A stretch of DNA of 64,000 nt from Marsupella aquatica (GCA_973895155.1 OZ316897.1:5163976-5227975); one strand, 5' to 3'. Counted from the stretch's first letter, positions 49,554 to 63,600 are shown. Notes: generated by a model not told the origin, from the sequence alone. A program made the numbers and translations.

Positions 49554-51632
49554 ATGGGGACTTTCAAGCTTGGGGGACCCAAGTATGAAGTGACAAAGTA
49601 TGATGGGCGCTCTGACTACTTGCTATGGGAGAAGCAGGTGAAGGGAGTGCTTTATGCGTCAGGGATGGGCCAACTGCTGAGCCCTCGTGAAGACGATGTT
49701 GATGAGAAACAATGGGACCACATGCAGGAGCAGGGAGTGTGGTGTGTTACACTCTATCTCATGCCTCCCATCATCAAGCAGTTGGGTGCACATAAGGATT
49801 GCATGTCCTTGTTTGCGGAATTGCAGAGCAAGTATCACCGCAAGGAGTTGTCGAACCGGCTCTACACTTCCTACAAACTGATGAGTTTCAGGATGAAGGA
49901 ATCTGGTACGAAGTTGCAAGACCATGTGGATGCTTTCAACGACATGGTCGTTGACTTGGAAAACCTTGGGGAGACTTTGAATGATGAGACGAAGGCTCTG
50001 CAGCTTCTTAGTTCATTGCCTCCATCTTACCAGTCCCTATCACGAGTGTTGTTGCATCGTGATAGGGATACCATTTCATACAATGACGTGGTAAGTTCTC
50101 TGCTTAGTGATGATCTTCAGCAGAAGATGCACATCATGTCACAGCCTTCATCATCTGGTGCTGCCCTCAATGTTAACCGTGGGAGGAGTATGCAGCGACC
50201 AACTGGGGACCGTAGAACCCAGTTTAGATCTAAATCCAGATCTAAATCCAAGTGTAAATCCCCTCAGAGGAGGCAGGTGACATGTTGGAAGTGCAACCAA
50301 GTTGGACACTTCAAGCGAGACTGTAAGGGAAAGGCAGCGGAAACTTCATCGGCAAATGTGGCTAGGGCTGATGGAGAAGCTGATTTACTCAATGATGAGT
50401 ATGTTTTATGAAGCCGGGGGTATGCCCTGTGCACGTCATCTAGGAGAGCAGATGATGTGTGGATTCTTGATTGTGCTTGCTCTTTTCATATTTATTACAT
50501 TCGTGAGTTTTTCAGTTCTTACTCTGTTTCAAACGGTTCAGTTCTGATGGGAAATGATCACTCCTGTCAAATTGAGGGAATTGGGTCTGTGAAGATTCAA
50601 ATGTTTGATGGCGCTGTGCGCACAGTGTCCGGAGTCAGGTATGTACCTGGCATGCGTAAGAATCTGATTTCACTCGGTGTGTTGGATTCAAATGGTCATC
50701 AATGGAGCGTTATTGATGGTGAACTTCAAGTCAGGTCGGGAGAGACAGTGATTTTGAAGGGGAGTAGACAAAAGAATTTGTATGTGTTACAGGGCAATAC
50801 TGTATGTGGAGAGGCCAATGTAACCAAGTCTCACGAGGAGATGACTCAACTGTGGCATTCACGGCTAGGCCACATGAGTGAGAAGGGTTTGGCTATCTTA
50901 CGGAAGAATGGACTCATTTCTGATTTGCAATCTTGTAAATTAGAGTTTTGTGAGCATTGCATTCTTGGAAAGCAGCATCGTCGTGCTTTTGGTGTTGGAA
51001 CTCATCGTTCCAAAGCGGTTCTTGAGTACATACATAGTGACGTGTGGGGTCCATCCCCGACTCCCTCACACTCTGGAAAGTTGTACTATGTATCATTTAT
51101 TGATGATTACTCAAGATTTGTGTGGATTTATTTCATGACGCATAAGTCTGATGTCTTGTCCATTTTTAAGAAGTGGAAGGCCCAGGTGGAGAATCAGACT
51201 GGAAACACGATCAAGTGTTTGGATACAAGGGTGAAGAGTCTGAGGTCAGACAACGGCGGGGAGTACACTTCAATGGAATTTGAAGAGTACTGTTCAGAAC
51301 AGGGGATAACTCGCCATCTCACCACAGTTTATACTCCGCAGCAGAATGGTGTCGTTGAGAGGCTCAATCGGACACTATTGGAGCGGTCACGGAGTATGTT
51401 GAGCCAATCAGGTTTACCACAAGAATTTTGGGCAGAAGCTGTCAATACCACAGCTTATTTGGTAAATCTTTCTCCTTCTAGTGCTATCAATTTCAAAACG
51501 CCGTTTGAGATGCGCTATAAGCGGCAAGCAGACTATCATGGCTTGGTAGTTTTTGGAAGTGATGCATATGCTCTCACACCGAAGCAGAATAGGACCAAGT
51601 TGGATCCTACCTCCAGGAAATGTGTTTTTCTT
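49554..51632 (+). CDS. Copia gag (zinc knuckle) plus protease and integrase, with one in-frame TGA at 50409-50411
   Basis: CWKCNQVGHFKRDC; WILDCACSFH; LWHSRLGH; CEHC; HSDVWGP; LRSDNGGEY; PQQNGVVERLNRTL. Confidence 0.9.
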
Positions 51633-52636
51633 GGGCCCCTCGGGTAAAATTTCCTCCGCTGGCTTCAAACAGACCGCCCGCTCGGCCTACATGCATTACA
51701 CAATGGAATTAGAAGGTTGCATTACTCCAACCAATGCAGCTGATGGATAATCCCGTGTTAATAGCACGCGAACAGATAGGGGTACATACGACGGTCTATC
51801 AAAAAGTCAGCTAAGGAATCGAAAGAATGCTAGCCATCATTTTTGAGAGTTTGATCATCATGTGCAAACCAAACCTATGTCAGCGACCCGTTGAAGTGTT
51901 CAGATGTGAAAAAAACAATGAAATCGCTTCCGGAAGTAAGTTGGCCGTCCTCCACTAGCTTCCCTTTGTTGCCAATAAACTCTGCTGCGACGAGAGCTCT
52001 CGGGCTGTAATTATCTCAATGGTTTGAATGGGCCGGGCCGACATGGACAATCTTGCAATGCGCAACAAAATACCTACTCGTTTGCAATTTCTCGTCGCTC
52101 TCTCTTCCTGCCCCAACTCTCGAACACTACTGATTTTGGCTATGGACCTCAAGCTGCTTGGTGTCCACCATGAAACAGTTCATAAAATTTGATAGCTCAG
52201 GCATAAAACTCTCAATAATACTCCTTTGTCCTCGAGTCCTTACTACTATTGACGCCAAAGTTGGAAGGACTTGGAGTCCTTGTTTTCAAAATGTCCTGGC
52301 CGGCGGGGATTGCGAGGACATTTATTGTAGGTTTCCAAGACTTCCGAGTCCTTTTTTTGAAAAGTAAACGACGGCTACTCGCCTCGAGGACATTAAACAC
52401 ATCATAAGTACTCTATATGAGGATACGAGTGCAAGCTTTACTAGGGTCCTACTAAATCCAAAAAAGTTCATTTAATGGAATCACTTCACCAGTTCAAATC
52501 TAGCCTTTGATATATGTATCCTCAATCTTGGCCATTGAGGGATATGTTGCACATTTAATGCAAAATGGCAAGGACTCGAGTCCTTTTTGTGGAGAAAAAA
52601 GGAGAAAAATGGTAGTCCTCAATCATGCAATGGACC
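51633..52636. mobile_element. Terminal fragment of a DNA-transposon family related to 60650-63954
   Basis: Ends in TGGTAGTCCTCAATCATGCAATGGACC, nearly identical to 63928-63954; carries AGGACT..AGTCCT-type motifs. Confidence 0.55.
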
Positions 52637-55600
52637 AGTAATGATATGCTCCTCAACCAAATGGTCCTCTGTTTCTCTAATTTCCACAAGAAACCTTGTC
52701 TTTGCCAGACTGCTAACACAACTTATACGTCTTTGCACTCAATTCCCTGACTCACCTACCAAAATAATTTGAATTGATAATGCTGGCGAATTTACATCAC
52801 CAGCATTCGATGACTTCTGTCAAATCCTGGGCATCACAATTCAATACTCAGTACCATATGTACATTTCCAGAATGGTACTGCAGAGGCATTAATAAAGCG
52901 TTTATAGATGATCTCAAGACCTATGCTATTACAGACACAACTCCCACTTACAGCCTGGGGACATGCTATACTCCATGGCGATGCACTACTGCGATATAGA
53001 CCATCGGCTTTTAATATTTACACACCACACCAACTAGCATATGGCTCTATACCAGATATTACACACCTGAAAGTGTTTGGCTGCCTTGTTCTAGTACCCA
53101 TTCTTGGCCCCAAGCACACCAAGATGGGACCACAGCGTCGACATGGCATCTATGTTGGCTACAACTCTCCCTCGATAATAAGGTATCTTGAACCCACCAC
53201 TGCTGATGTGTTTCGAGCTCGATACCAGGACTGTAAATTCTGTGAAGAAATCTTCCCACCACTTCTAACTCCAGCACAACTCTCCAAACAGCCTGTCTCA
53301 ACACACACACATTAGAATGGACAACAAAGGATCCATTCTGGAATGATCCTCGTACTCAATTGACAAACAATGAAGTGAAATGCATTATGAATCTCCATCA
53401 AATTATGGAGAAAATACCTGACGCATTTAATGATGCTACAAATGTAACGAAATCACATATAGATGCAGCCAATACTCCTGTGAGAATTCATATACCAGAT
53501 ACTCGAGCCACAGACCTCGCTCCCAAGGCTAAGCGAGGCAGACCTTCAGGTTCCAAAGACTCCAGACCACGGCAGAAGACACTTGTATCAACACATTTAT
53601 CCTTACAACTACCGCCAATCATACAGGATGAGAATGAAGAAATATCCATCCACTATATGCATACTGGACATTTATGGCATCGAAATTTAACTGAACCAGA
53701 TGAGCATTTTGCTTTCCTTATATCCCAAGATATAACTAAAGATTTACCAGACCCTCGGAAAATTAAAGAAGCACAACAACGACCAGACTGGCCCAAATGG
53801 AACTATGCTATTAACTCCGAGCTTGATTCTTTGATATCTCGCCAAGTTTTTGGAGAACTTTGAGTCGTCCCTGCTGCACAACACCTAACTGGGTATAGGA
53901 TTATATTGATACGCAAACATAATGCCGCAGGTGAAGTAATCCGCTACAAAGCCAGACTTGTGGCTAGAGGCTACACGCAAATATATGGCAAAGATTACAA
54001 CCTTACTCATTCACCGGTCATGGACTCCATTACCTACCGATATCTGATTGCTTTTGCCCTCACACATCAAATTTGTATGCATCTTATGGACGTGGTAACT
54101 GCTTACCTTTACGGTATACTTGATACTGACATACAAATGCAAGCTCCACCTGAATTAATTCAGAGGGTAATTTTCCACATTAAGGGGGAGCATACAACCT
54201 CCCCAACCCCGGACCTAAAGTCGGGTATTGATAAGATTGTCCCTACACAGGACTTTAAGGACCACCTCATTCACTCAGGCCAGATGATACCTGCTGAAAT
54301 ACATGACTCATCAGCGGTCCAAAATAAAAAGGCCCAGCAAATTGCTAATGGTGAACAGTCAGCGGATTCACCATTGAATTATACTGACTTACTCGCTGAG
54401 GTTAATCCTGTTCACCACAGAATCAATAAAGCCAAGAAACCAGAGAAAGCATTTGCTGTACAGGTTCTTAGGTCACTCTATGGTTTAAAGCAGAGTGGCC
54501 GCATCTGGTATAAGCATTTCCGTGCTGAGATGCTTGCACTTGGTTTCGTGAATGAGGACATTGCTCCTTGCCTTTTTATCAAAAGAGATGGCACTAAGTT
54601 TATAATTATAGCAATATATGTCGACAACATTAACCTAATGGGTACTAAACTCATTATGGATCAAACCATTACCACACTTAAGAGCATATTCGAAATGAAG
54701 GATATTGGTCAACCTCTATTTTGTATTGGCATTCAATTCGAACATTTATCCAGCGGTATTCTTATTCATCAATCTACATATACCAGAAAACTATTAAAAC
54801 AATGCAACATGGACAAAAGCTATCCAGTCACGACACCTATGGAAATTCGATCTTCAGACACATCCAGAGATCTGTATAAGCGCAGGACCGAACATGAACC
54901 AATCTTGGGCCCAGAGAAACCTTACCTCTCTGCTATAGGAGCCTTGATGTACCTGGCGAATCAAACTCACCCAGACATCTCTTTCGCTGTTCACTTGCTT
55001 GCCCGCCACAGCTCCCAACCAACTATTAGACATTGGAATGGCATTAAGAGGATACTGCGCTACCTTCAAGGTACAATCGACACTAGCCTCTATTACCCTA
55101 AAGATGTGCCTAACGAATTGATTGGTTACGCAGATGCAGGTTACCTTACAGACCCCGATGCGAAATCCCAGACGGGATATGTATTTCTACAAGGACATAC
55201 AGCCATATCCTGGAAAAGTACCAAGCAGACTTTGACAACCACATCCTCCAACCATGCGGAAATCATAGCACTATACGAAGCCAGTCGAGAATGCCTGTGG
55301 CTTCGACAGCTTATCAATCACATCCAGTCGTCTACAGGCCATGCAATTCTTACCAAGCCTACTATCATCTACGAGGATAACAAGCCTTGTGTTGATCAGA
55401 TCGTTAAGGGCTTTATCAAGGGCGACCGAATCAAACATATTGCCCCCAAATTTTTCCACACGCATGAACAGCATGGGGACCAAATCAATGTTCAATGGAT
55501 ACCTTCTAAAGATAATCGCGCTGACCTTTTCACGAAGCCCTTACCTCGCATTCTCCACGAAGCGCATTCGACTGGAATAGGCCTCCGTAGATTATCGGAC

Positions 55601-56154
55601 TTCACTGAAATCTGACTTCCCCACCTCTTCCATAAATTTCTTATTCCATTACGACATGACTGTGTTTCCCCCACGATGCTTCCTCTGTTCTATGCATATT
55701 CTACTGAACGTATGTTCTCCATACTCGAACATTTTGACATGTCCTATCGAACACTCCTTTCGATTCAGCCATACATGATTACACTCCTTTCTTACTATTT
55801 TTGACTCGTTACATGTAAGGTAGTGACACTCTTTTTACCCCAGAAGAAAGCGGGGGGTTTTTAATGAGGTCATACCCCAATGAGTTTTTCCATTATACTC
55901 AGAACTAGGCTTAAATTTATTTCCAAAATGGTTACTTTAAGAAACATAAAGTAACCAAGGGGGAGTGTTAGAATATATTTAACCCTTAGTCCATATGATG
56001 ATACAAAGAGGTATGCAATACCTAGATATAAAGAGACACAAGACTAGGAGAGGTTAGTTACAACTACCCCAATGTACAATATAAGATAAGCCACATTGGC
56101 TTAAGAGAAATTCAATCATCTTTTGTTGGTGTATGTATATTTCATAATTTAACA
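52637..56154 (+). mobile_element. Ty1/Copia (Bianca-like) 3' part: integrase-RT-RNase H, PPT ~55957-55965, 3' LTR 55966-56154
   Basis: DNAGEFTS; QNGTAEALIKR; TKMGPQRRHGIYVG; MDVVTAYLYG; SLYGLKQSG; IYVDNI; IKGDRIKHIAPKFF; AAGGGGGAG followed by TGTTA...TAACA. Several in-frame stops. Confidence 0.9.
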
Positions 56155-56159
56155 CTATT

Positions 56160-59100
56160 AACATTTTACACACATATACTGGATAGATCCTTCATCGGGT
56201 CATGAGATACTTAGCCGGCCTATTCTAGGCCTTCCCTTGTATTCCTCTCCTGGTCTTCCATTAGGTATGTTTGGATTCCGCCGCCGGAATGATCCCCAAT
56301 TGGCTTGGTTAAGCCGCTAAGACCTCTCTCAACTCGACACATCCAACTCTCACTCCCTTGCTACTTCCCTTCATTGATGTGGGCACTCTTCACACAAGTT
56401 AATGCGACACACAAATAGCAAAATGACTCCTTCTGACTGAGTTATACCATGCACTTGCCATACAAACAGTACATCTCATACACAAGCTCTACGAACTAAG
56501 CCGTGAGGCCAACTCTATTCAGTTCTTAGGCATGAGGAAACATGAATATACACAAGGGTCACTGTATAACTAACCGAGAGCTTCTCTTACTACTTGATCC
56601 CAGCCCTGCTGGTGCAACTAAAAACTTGCTAAAGAAGAGGCCCTGGACTCCCCGCTGCCCAGGTATTTATCCTGGCAGCGGATCTGTCCAGAACTTCGCT
56701 GCGTAAGCTTAATCTATCCTACCTGTAATCTACGTAACTGTACAACGAGGCAGGAGCACAAGTGTTGCTCCTACCAGTGGATCCGCCATCCCACTAATCT
56801 AAGTGTCAAGGCCGTCTCCTGGTCTTGATCCTAATCCTAAACTTGGAGATCTGAGCCCGCCCTGCCCACTCACGCCTCCTACCTCCACGTCCGCCCTTCC
56901 TAAAAGGAACGGCGCCCTTGCACTATCACGACACCGGTGGCGGATCCTCAATGGACGCCCCCAATGCTTCCCCCGCAGCCACTGCCGTCGGTCCGTCCTC
57001 TGACAGATTACCTGCCCCGGACCGAGTCAACCCTTCATCGGCTTGACTGGGTCCACCCTCGGCTTTGGCCTCAGCATCGGTCACGGCCTTCGATATGGCT
57101 TCGGCCTCCCCGACATGTTCTAGTGGAGGATCCGGTACCTCGGCTTTATCAATAGCTGTCCCGGCCTCGGCCTTGCCATCCCCACCTTCTTCAACAGGTG
57201 GATCTATTGCCATGACCATGTCGGAGGTTGGTGCCGGGTTGACCTCCTGGGTCACAACGGCTTGGTAAGCCGTATAACCCCCAGACCCAGAAGGTTTCCA
57301 CTTCTTCTTCTTCCCTGTTTTGGTAGCTGGTCCCTTCCCTTTGCTACCTACCTCCGGCACCGGGGCGTGTGTCTCGGCTTGTCCTTCGGCCAGTACCCCT
57401 CCTGGTAACGGAGTTCCCACAATTGGAATTGGACCAGATGAAGCTAAGCACTTAAATACTACGGCCTATTTCTTCAGCCGCTCTGTTTCGTTGTCGGCCC
57501 GCCGCTGTAAGTTCTCCATCTTCCTGGTGGTTTCCTCCAACTCCTCTTGGGCTTCCTCCAGGTCCTTCCGTCCCTCCTGCAGCTCCTTTCTGGCTTCCTC
57601 CAATTCCAATTTTAAGGTAGCCCTTTCCTCCTGGGTTGCTCTTAGCTCCTTGTCGAGCTCCGTTACGACCTCAGACTCCATCTTATTCATCTTGGCATAA
57701 GTCTGGTCGAGCTGGTCATCCTTCTCACGCAGGTCGGCCTTGAAGCTGGCCGTCAGGGATGCAAGCTCCTGCTGCAGCGCAATAATCCCTTCATAGGACT
57801 TCCCTAACTCGGCCTCCTTCTGCTCAAGGGCTCCGCGGATATCCTCGAGCTCTCCTTTCAACGCCCTCTCCCTTCTCTGGGTCTCCGCCATGGCCTGGTT
57901 GTTGGCGGTTATGTGGGCCTTCTCTGCGTCCCTCAGCTCCTGCTTCCACTTTTCCCTGTCCTTGACCGCGCCGGCCAACTCTCCTTGGGTCCGAGTCAGT
58001 TTATCTTTGATAATCTAATTGCCAGACTGAGTGGCATCCAATTGTCCTTGCATGATGTTTAGCTCATGCAGCTTAATCCATAGCTCATCTTGGGCTTTCT
58101 TGGCCGCTTGCAGGTCTTCCACCTCGGCTTCCATCTCCCTAAGCCGCCGGATGACCTCGTCCTTCTTGCTTCTCTCCAAAGCCATCGCTTCTTCTAATTG
58201 GTGCTTCTCCAACATCTCCCTTTGGAAAAGGGTCCGTGCTCCAACTCCTCCCCAAAGATGTTGAGCGCAAGTTCCCCACACATCTCCCCGTACTCCATGG
58301 CTCTATCTTTAGCATAGGTGGAGTAAGTAGAAGTCATCGGCATCAACCACCGCGGCCTCTGTTCCCAAGCCGCCTTGCGGATGTCTTCTATGGTGGCAAG
58401 AGGGTTGCTTCTTTTTTCGGCAAGCCGCCTGATGTCCTCCAACCAATCTCCTCCTTGTAAATCTTTCTCCCTAGCCAGGGCTGCTTTCTCTTCCTCCCTA
58501 AGTCGCTCCTGAAACTCTTGTGCCGTCTGCTTTATGCTGTCAAACCTCGGGGGAGCAACCTCTGGTGGGGGAGACTTGGGGCTACTCTGCTGGGTGGGGT
58601 CCCCTCAAACTACTCTTGGAAGCGTGGGGATAAACCGGCCACAGGTCCTTACTCCTGGAACATGATGATCCGACCCATAGCCGGAGTTATCATTGCTGTA
58701 GTCCTCCACCGCCTCCTCCACTACTTGGACTCTCGGCTCCTCTGCCTCTAATTCGGGGCTTGAGGCTCCCACGTACATTCACACTCCCGGCTTGTGTTCC
58801 GGCCTCAATCTCTCCTTGGTTCCGGTAAAGGGGTCTTCCCTTATGAGTCGGCTTAGGCCGACCTCTGGGGCAGTGTCCTGTACCGGTGCCGTTGCCAGTG
58901 CCGTTCTCTCCTTCTCCAGCAATTTCAGCAGATTTTGCATGCCTGATTGCTACATCGGCAAGTCTTCTTTCCTTGGCCAAAACACTTGCTCGATCGTAGG
59001 ACTGGTAGGCTGGTTGGGCTCTTCTGTTGCCGGCCTCTGCTCTAGAACCTCCTCCGGTGCCCTTGCCGATAGGAGAAGTACTGGGGCAAAGATTTGACTT

Positions 59101-60600
59101 CTGGCATACCGGCACAATAGCAGCATGTGATAGCCAAGCCGGGACACGCTTCCCATGCCGATCACCTGTTGTTCCTCCTTCAAGATCTTCTTCAGTTGGT
59201 TGAGGAGGTACCCATTGTAATCCCGGCTTGGGTCTGGCCTTTCTGCCAGGTAGACCTGAGCCTTGCCGATCTCTGCCCTCGGCAAGTTACAATGCATGGT
59301 CACCCGCAAGAAATTGATCATCTCTCCGATGTGCAGGTTGGTGCAGGTGTTCCAAAAGAAGCCATTCTTCGTTGATGGTCCTGGGAACGACCGGAACTCC
59401 TTGTCAGGTAAGGTCTTCCTGGTATCAACCTTGGTCTTATTACCCATCGGCAAGCCAAACACCTCGGCAATCACCCGGGGAGTGAGATAGAAATCCTTCC
59501 CATACACCCTCATGGAATTGGTCTCGGGTTCCCATGATCCCACGAATTCTAATAAGTTTGAGTCCGGCACCTCCGGCTTCAGCCATGGTAATCTTACAAG
59601 GGCTTCCAAGCCGGATCCAGCCATGAAGCCTTGGTACTTCTTGGTCTGCATGGCCGTAAAGCATGCATCCTCCTCCCGTGCAAAATGTAATTGCACTCCC
59701 TTTGGTAGGGTCGCCGCCCAGCCTTTCCAGGTGTCATCCTTTGTTGGAATGGCATTGATGGGATCGACCTCCTCCTCTTTGGCTTCTCCCTGCCTCCTAT
59801 TCTGTTGCTCTGCTGGCTTCCTTGGTGCCGCCGACCTCATTCTTTTTGTCGGGGTGGCCTCTTTGTTGTTGTTTCCTTTCCTCTTCGTTGTTGTTTCCTT
59901 TCCGCTTCATCTCGGCTGTCGTGGATGTTTCTCCTAGCACAGTTGCCTTCGTCCACCCCTCCGTGCTACCCTTCAACTCCCAGTGCGCGTCGTTGCAACG
60001 GTTGATGGCTTCCCAAATGCCGACGATTTTGTCTTCGCAAAACAGAAGGTCATCGAGCTGATTGGCAGTAGGAGTCCTCAAGAACTCGGCCTTGATGAGT
60101 TCTCCTCCTAAGAAGGCAGACTTCTGCAGCTCCCACAGTCGAGCGAGCTCCTGCCATTCTTGAGCTGCTCTCTCTGATTCTTCGTCCTCGTAAGTCCCAA
60201 TGTACCCAGTTGCCCATTCGAATAGGCATCCCCAAAAATGTGCCGCTTGATTGACGTTGCTCATACCCTCCTTGACTCGATCATTGGTATCTGCTCCCGC
60301 CCAGAGTGCTTGCCTAAGTAGCTAACAATAGTTGGCCTTCCGTAGTCGTCTGCCCAGTTCGTGCTTGCAAATGAGCCACCATTCCTCGCGAGCGGTCCTT
60401 ACCCCTCTCCTCCTCTGGTCTTTCCTCCCGCTGGTTACCCCTAGCCACCGATACTTAGCGCGCCCTAACCCTAATCGTGTTCTCTCCCCCGACGTCCTTA
60501 CCTCCGGCCTCGACCCGGGTTCCATAGTCACCCTTAATTGTTTATATTTTCCTTGTTTTTGTTACTATACTAATGTGTTTATAGGGTACACCTCCATTTT
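56160..60600 (-). mobile_element. 3' region of an LTR retroelement with accessory ORFs (plant-mobile-domain-like ORF 58950-59840 and coiled-coil ORFs) and a probable LTR at ~56160-56850
   Basis: LLEFVGSWEPETNSMRVYGKDFYLTPRVIAEVFGLP resembles the PMD-like core. The chain of frameshifted minus-strand coiled-coil ORFs has the same layout as 42570-44422. Confidence 0.5.
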
Positions 60601-60649
60601 CCCCACTTAACTGGCCTAGTGATTCCTGGCTAGGCATCACACACTCGAC

Positions 60650-63600
60650 TTAAAAACTTGGAACAAGAGTCCTCGGAAAAGGAGTATAGTCCTTGAAAAA
60701 GGAGTATAGTCCTAGAAAAAGGAGTAAAGTCCTTGAGAAAGGACTATAGTCCTCGAAAAAGGAGTATAGTCCTTGAGAAAGGACTATAGTCCTTGGAAAA
60801 GGAGTATAGTCCTTGAGAAAGGACTATAGTCCTTGGAAAAGGAGTAGAGTCCTTATGAAAGGACTATAGTCCTTATGAAAGGACTATAGTCCTTATGAAA
60901 GGACTATAGTCCTCGGAAAAGGAGTAGAGTCCTTGGAAAAGGAGTAGAGTCCTTACAAAAAGACTATAGTCCTCGGAAAAGGACTATAGTCCTCGGAAAA
61001 GGAGTAGAGTGCTTGAGAAAGGACTAGAGTCCTTGGAAAGGGAGTAGAGTCCTTGGAAAAGGAGTAAAGTCCTTGGAAAAGGAGTAGAGTGCTTGAGAAA
61101 GGACTAGAGTCCTTGGAAAGGGAGTAGAGTCCTTGGAAAAGGAGTAAAGTCCTTGGAAAAGGAGGAAAGTCCTTGAGAAAGGACTAGAAAGGAGCACAGC
61201 CCTGGGGAAAGGAGTAAAGTCCTTGAGAAAGGACTATAGTCCTTTTATACAGTCCTTTGGAAGGACTATTAAGGTCCTTGGGGAAGGACTACAGTCCTGA
61301 CCATAGTCCTTCGTCAGTTTAATAGTCCTTGACTAGGGACTACTAACAGTCTTTAGTCCACAAAATTTATTCAAATCTTACCTTTACAACACACTGGGTA
61401 GCGATCACAATGGTTGACTAACAAGGAAAACTACTCATCAAGGAGTGGAGATAAGAGTTCAATCAAATCTGGCAAAATGGACATAACAGTTACATCAATC
61501 ACATAGAGTTTCTCACCTGTGTATCCTCCAGCCAGTGCACTTGATGTGTTTGAACCATTTTCCGTCCTAGTCGCAATCTGGCTTCATTATTCTTACATGG
61601 AGAAATACTAGTGTGAGTTTCCCAAAAGTGTTCCACCTGGATTCAAACTTCATCAGAAATCTTGTCTCGACGTACCTTTCTTTCCCCCATAGGATACATT
61701 TTTTTACTGTCTGCATCAATCTGTATCCTCATCTTAGATGCTCTATGAAGATTTTGCCGTTGTATACCCAAAGCTTTTGCTAGAGAGGTCTGTTGCCTTT
61801 TATCTACACATGTCTTTCCTACAAGTGCTGACAGAACTTGGTACTTTGCAGCGAGGTGGTCTTTGCGCTTCCCTGGCTTCACTATGCTCAAGGTTTTTCT
61901 CACATCAATCAATGCAGCAGCTACAGCCCCATCTACTTTAGGTGAACCTAGTCGTGTCGGCTGGTACTTCTTCAAATACTTGTGTAACCAGACCCAGATA
62001 GTACTACCCTCCTTGCACCTCGACTGAATGTAACAGTCTTCTCCAGAATGTACCTAACTATATCTGATGAGACAGCTGTAATACACCTACGCTTTCGATT
62101 GGGAGTTTCACAGTCATCAGCAACACGACGCATCTTCCTTTCATATTCAATTCTCTTCCTGCCTGCATCCTTCCTTCTCTTCTCAAGCATGGCAGCTTGC
62201 TGCACTTGGTGATCACAGCTAGAGTTGTGATCTTGCTCACCTTCATTAAGTGGACCAATGTGGGCTGCCTGCACTTGTCTGCAATCAGTTTGGGTGCTCT
62301 GTTCTACCATTTGAATGTGGGCATCCTGTTCTAGAATGCTTGCACTTAGGGACCCCTGCCTAGACTCTAAAAGCTCGGCAAGGCATGAATGTACAGTCTC
62401 CATAAGAATTTCACTTTCTTCTCGGGCTGTACGCAAGACCACAGTGGCAGCTTCATGAGCCTCATTACTAATTCTGATCACCTCTGATTGCCCAGCAGCC
62501 AATATCTCTCTTCGCCTTTGGTTGCCATCAATTACCAAATCTTGGCATTGTTGCTTTGCACTCTCCATCATGAGATCGCATTGCTTTTGTGCTTCAAGAA
62601 TCATTTCATCTGAGAGAGATGGTTGGTGACCACCTCCTTGCTGACCACTTGCTATCTGCTCTTGTTTTTTCAACTTGGATTTGCGGTTCGCCAATCTTCG
62701 CTTCTCCAGCTTCTCTCTTGCTAGGGCATCAGATACCTGATTAATTGTGACCATTTTGGCCTACTCATGTGACATAAAGAAGGAACTGAAAATCTCTGCA
62801 CGGCCCCTGCTCCCACTCTTTGCTTGCATGTCAAGGAGCGCAATGCAAATTAACACGCGTGACTCAACATCGGCACGATCAAAGGCTTGAAACAATCACA
62901 TAGTCCCACTTTGACAGTCCCACTTCGATAGCCTGGCATTGAACTTCCTTGTCACCTAGTACATACCATGCATTTCAATTTATAACGTACTCACAAAATC
63001 TGAACGCATTTAATCTCTCCTGCTACCCTTCTTGAGGCCAACGCAACCTAGATCTGTTCTGTTCTCTTGAAAAACAAAAGCGAACCTACATTTATTAAAC
63101 TATTTCAATTCTGTCAATTCCAATGCAACTTCAGATCCTATTTCCAAACAAAAGCAAAGCAAGATTTAAAGTGGCACCTGGTGATTGAGTGACTGCTCGA
63201 CCATCCTCTCCGTGCTCTTTTCCAATGTTCCCTTCCGGAATCAAATGTCATCGACAAACCTACAAGCTCACAGCGTAATCAAATTTGTAGCTTGATTGGC
63301 CCTCTTTCTTTGCTTGTTCCCGCCGCTCCTGTCTAGATTTGAATGTCATTCGCCAAGAGAAGGCTCTAGACCCTAAATTAAATCTGCAGCTCGACCAAGG
63401 CCTTTATTTTTGCGTTGAACATCAATGTCCCTTTTTGCGCTTGATTGGCCTTTGCATCTAGGCTCACACCGCACGACTACTCTTTGAATCAATTCAACCC
63501 ATGTAGCTAGACATGAATGCAACAATTCTAGAGGACTTTGCTACCCATTTGCACTCCACAAGGCTCAACTTTGATACTTTCTCGACGAGTTGCAAGTGGA

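Larger units (their letters stand above)
47760..51632 (+). mobile_element. Ty1/Copia 5' half: LTR 47760-48216 (TG...CA), tRNA-iMet PBS 48219-48230, gag-pol
   Basis: TGTTG...CAACA LTR; PBS TGGTATCAGAGC; truncated at ~51632 just after the integrase core. Confidence 0.92.

Noticed and set aside
60668-61243. CRISPR-like array of palindromic repeats
   Set aside because: The units are head-to-tail with a strict 20-bp period and no unique spacers; there are no cas genes and the context is eukaryotic.
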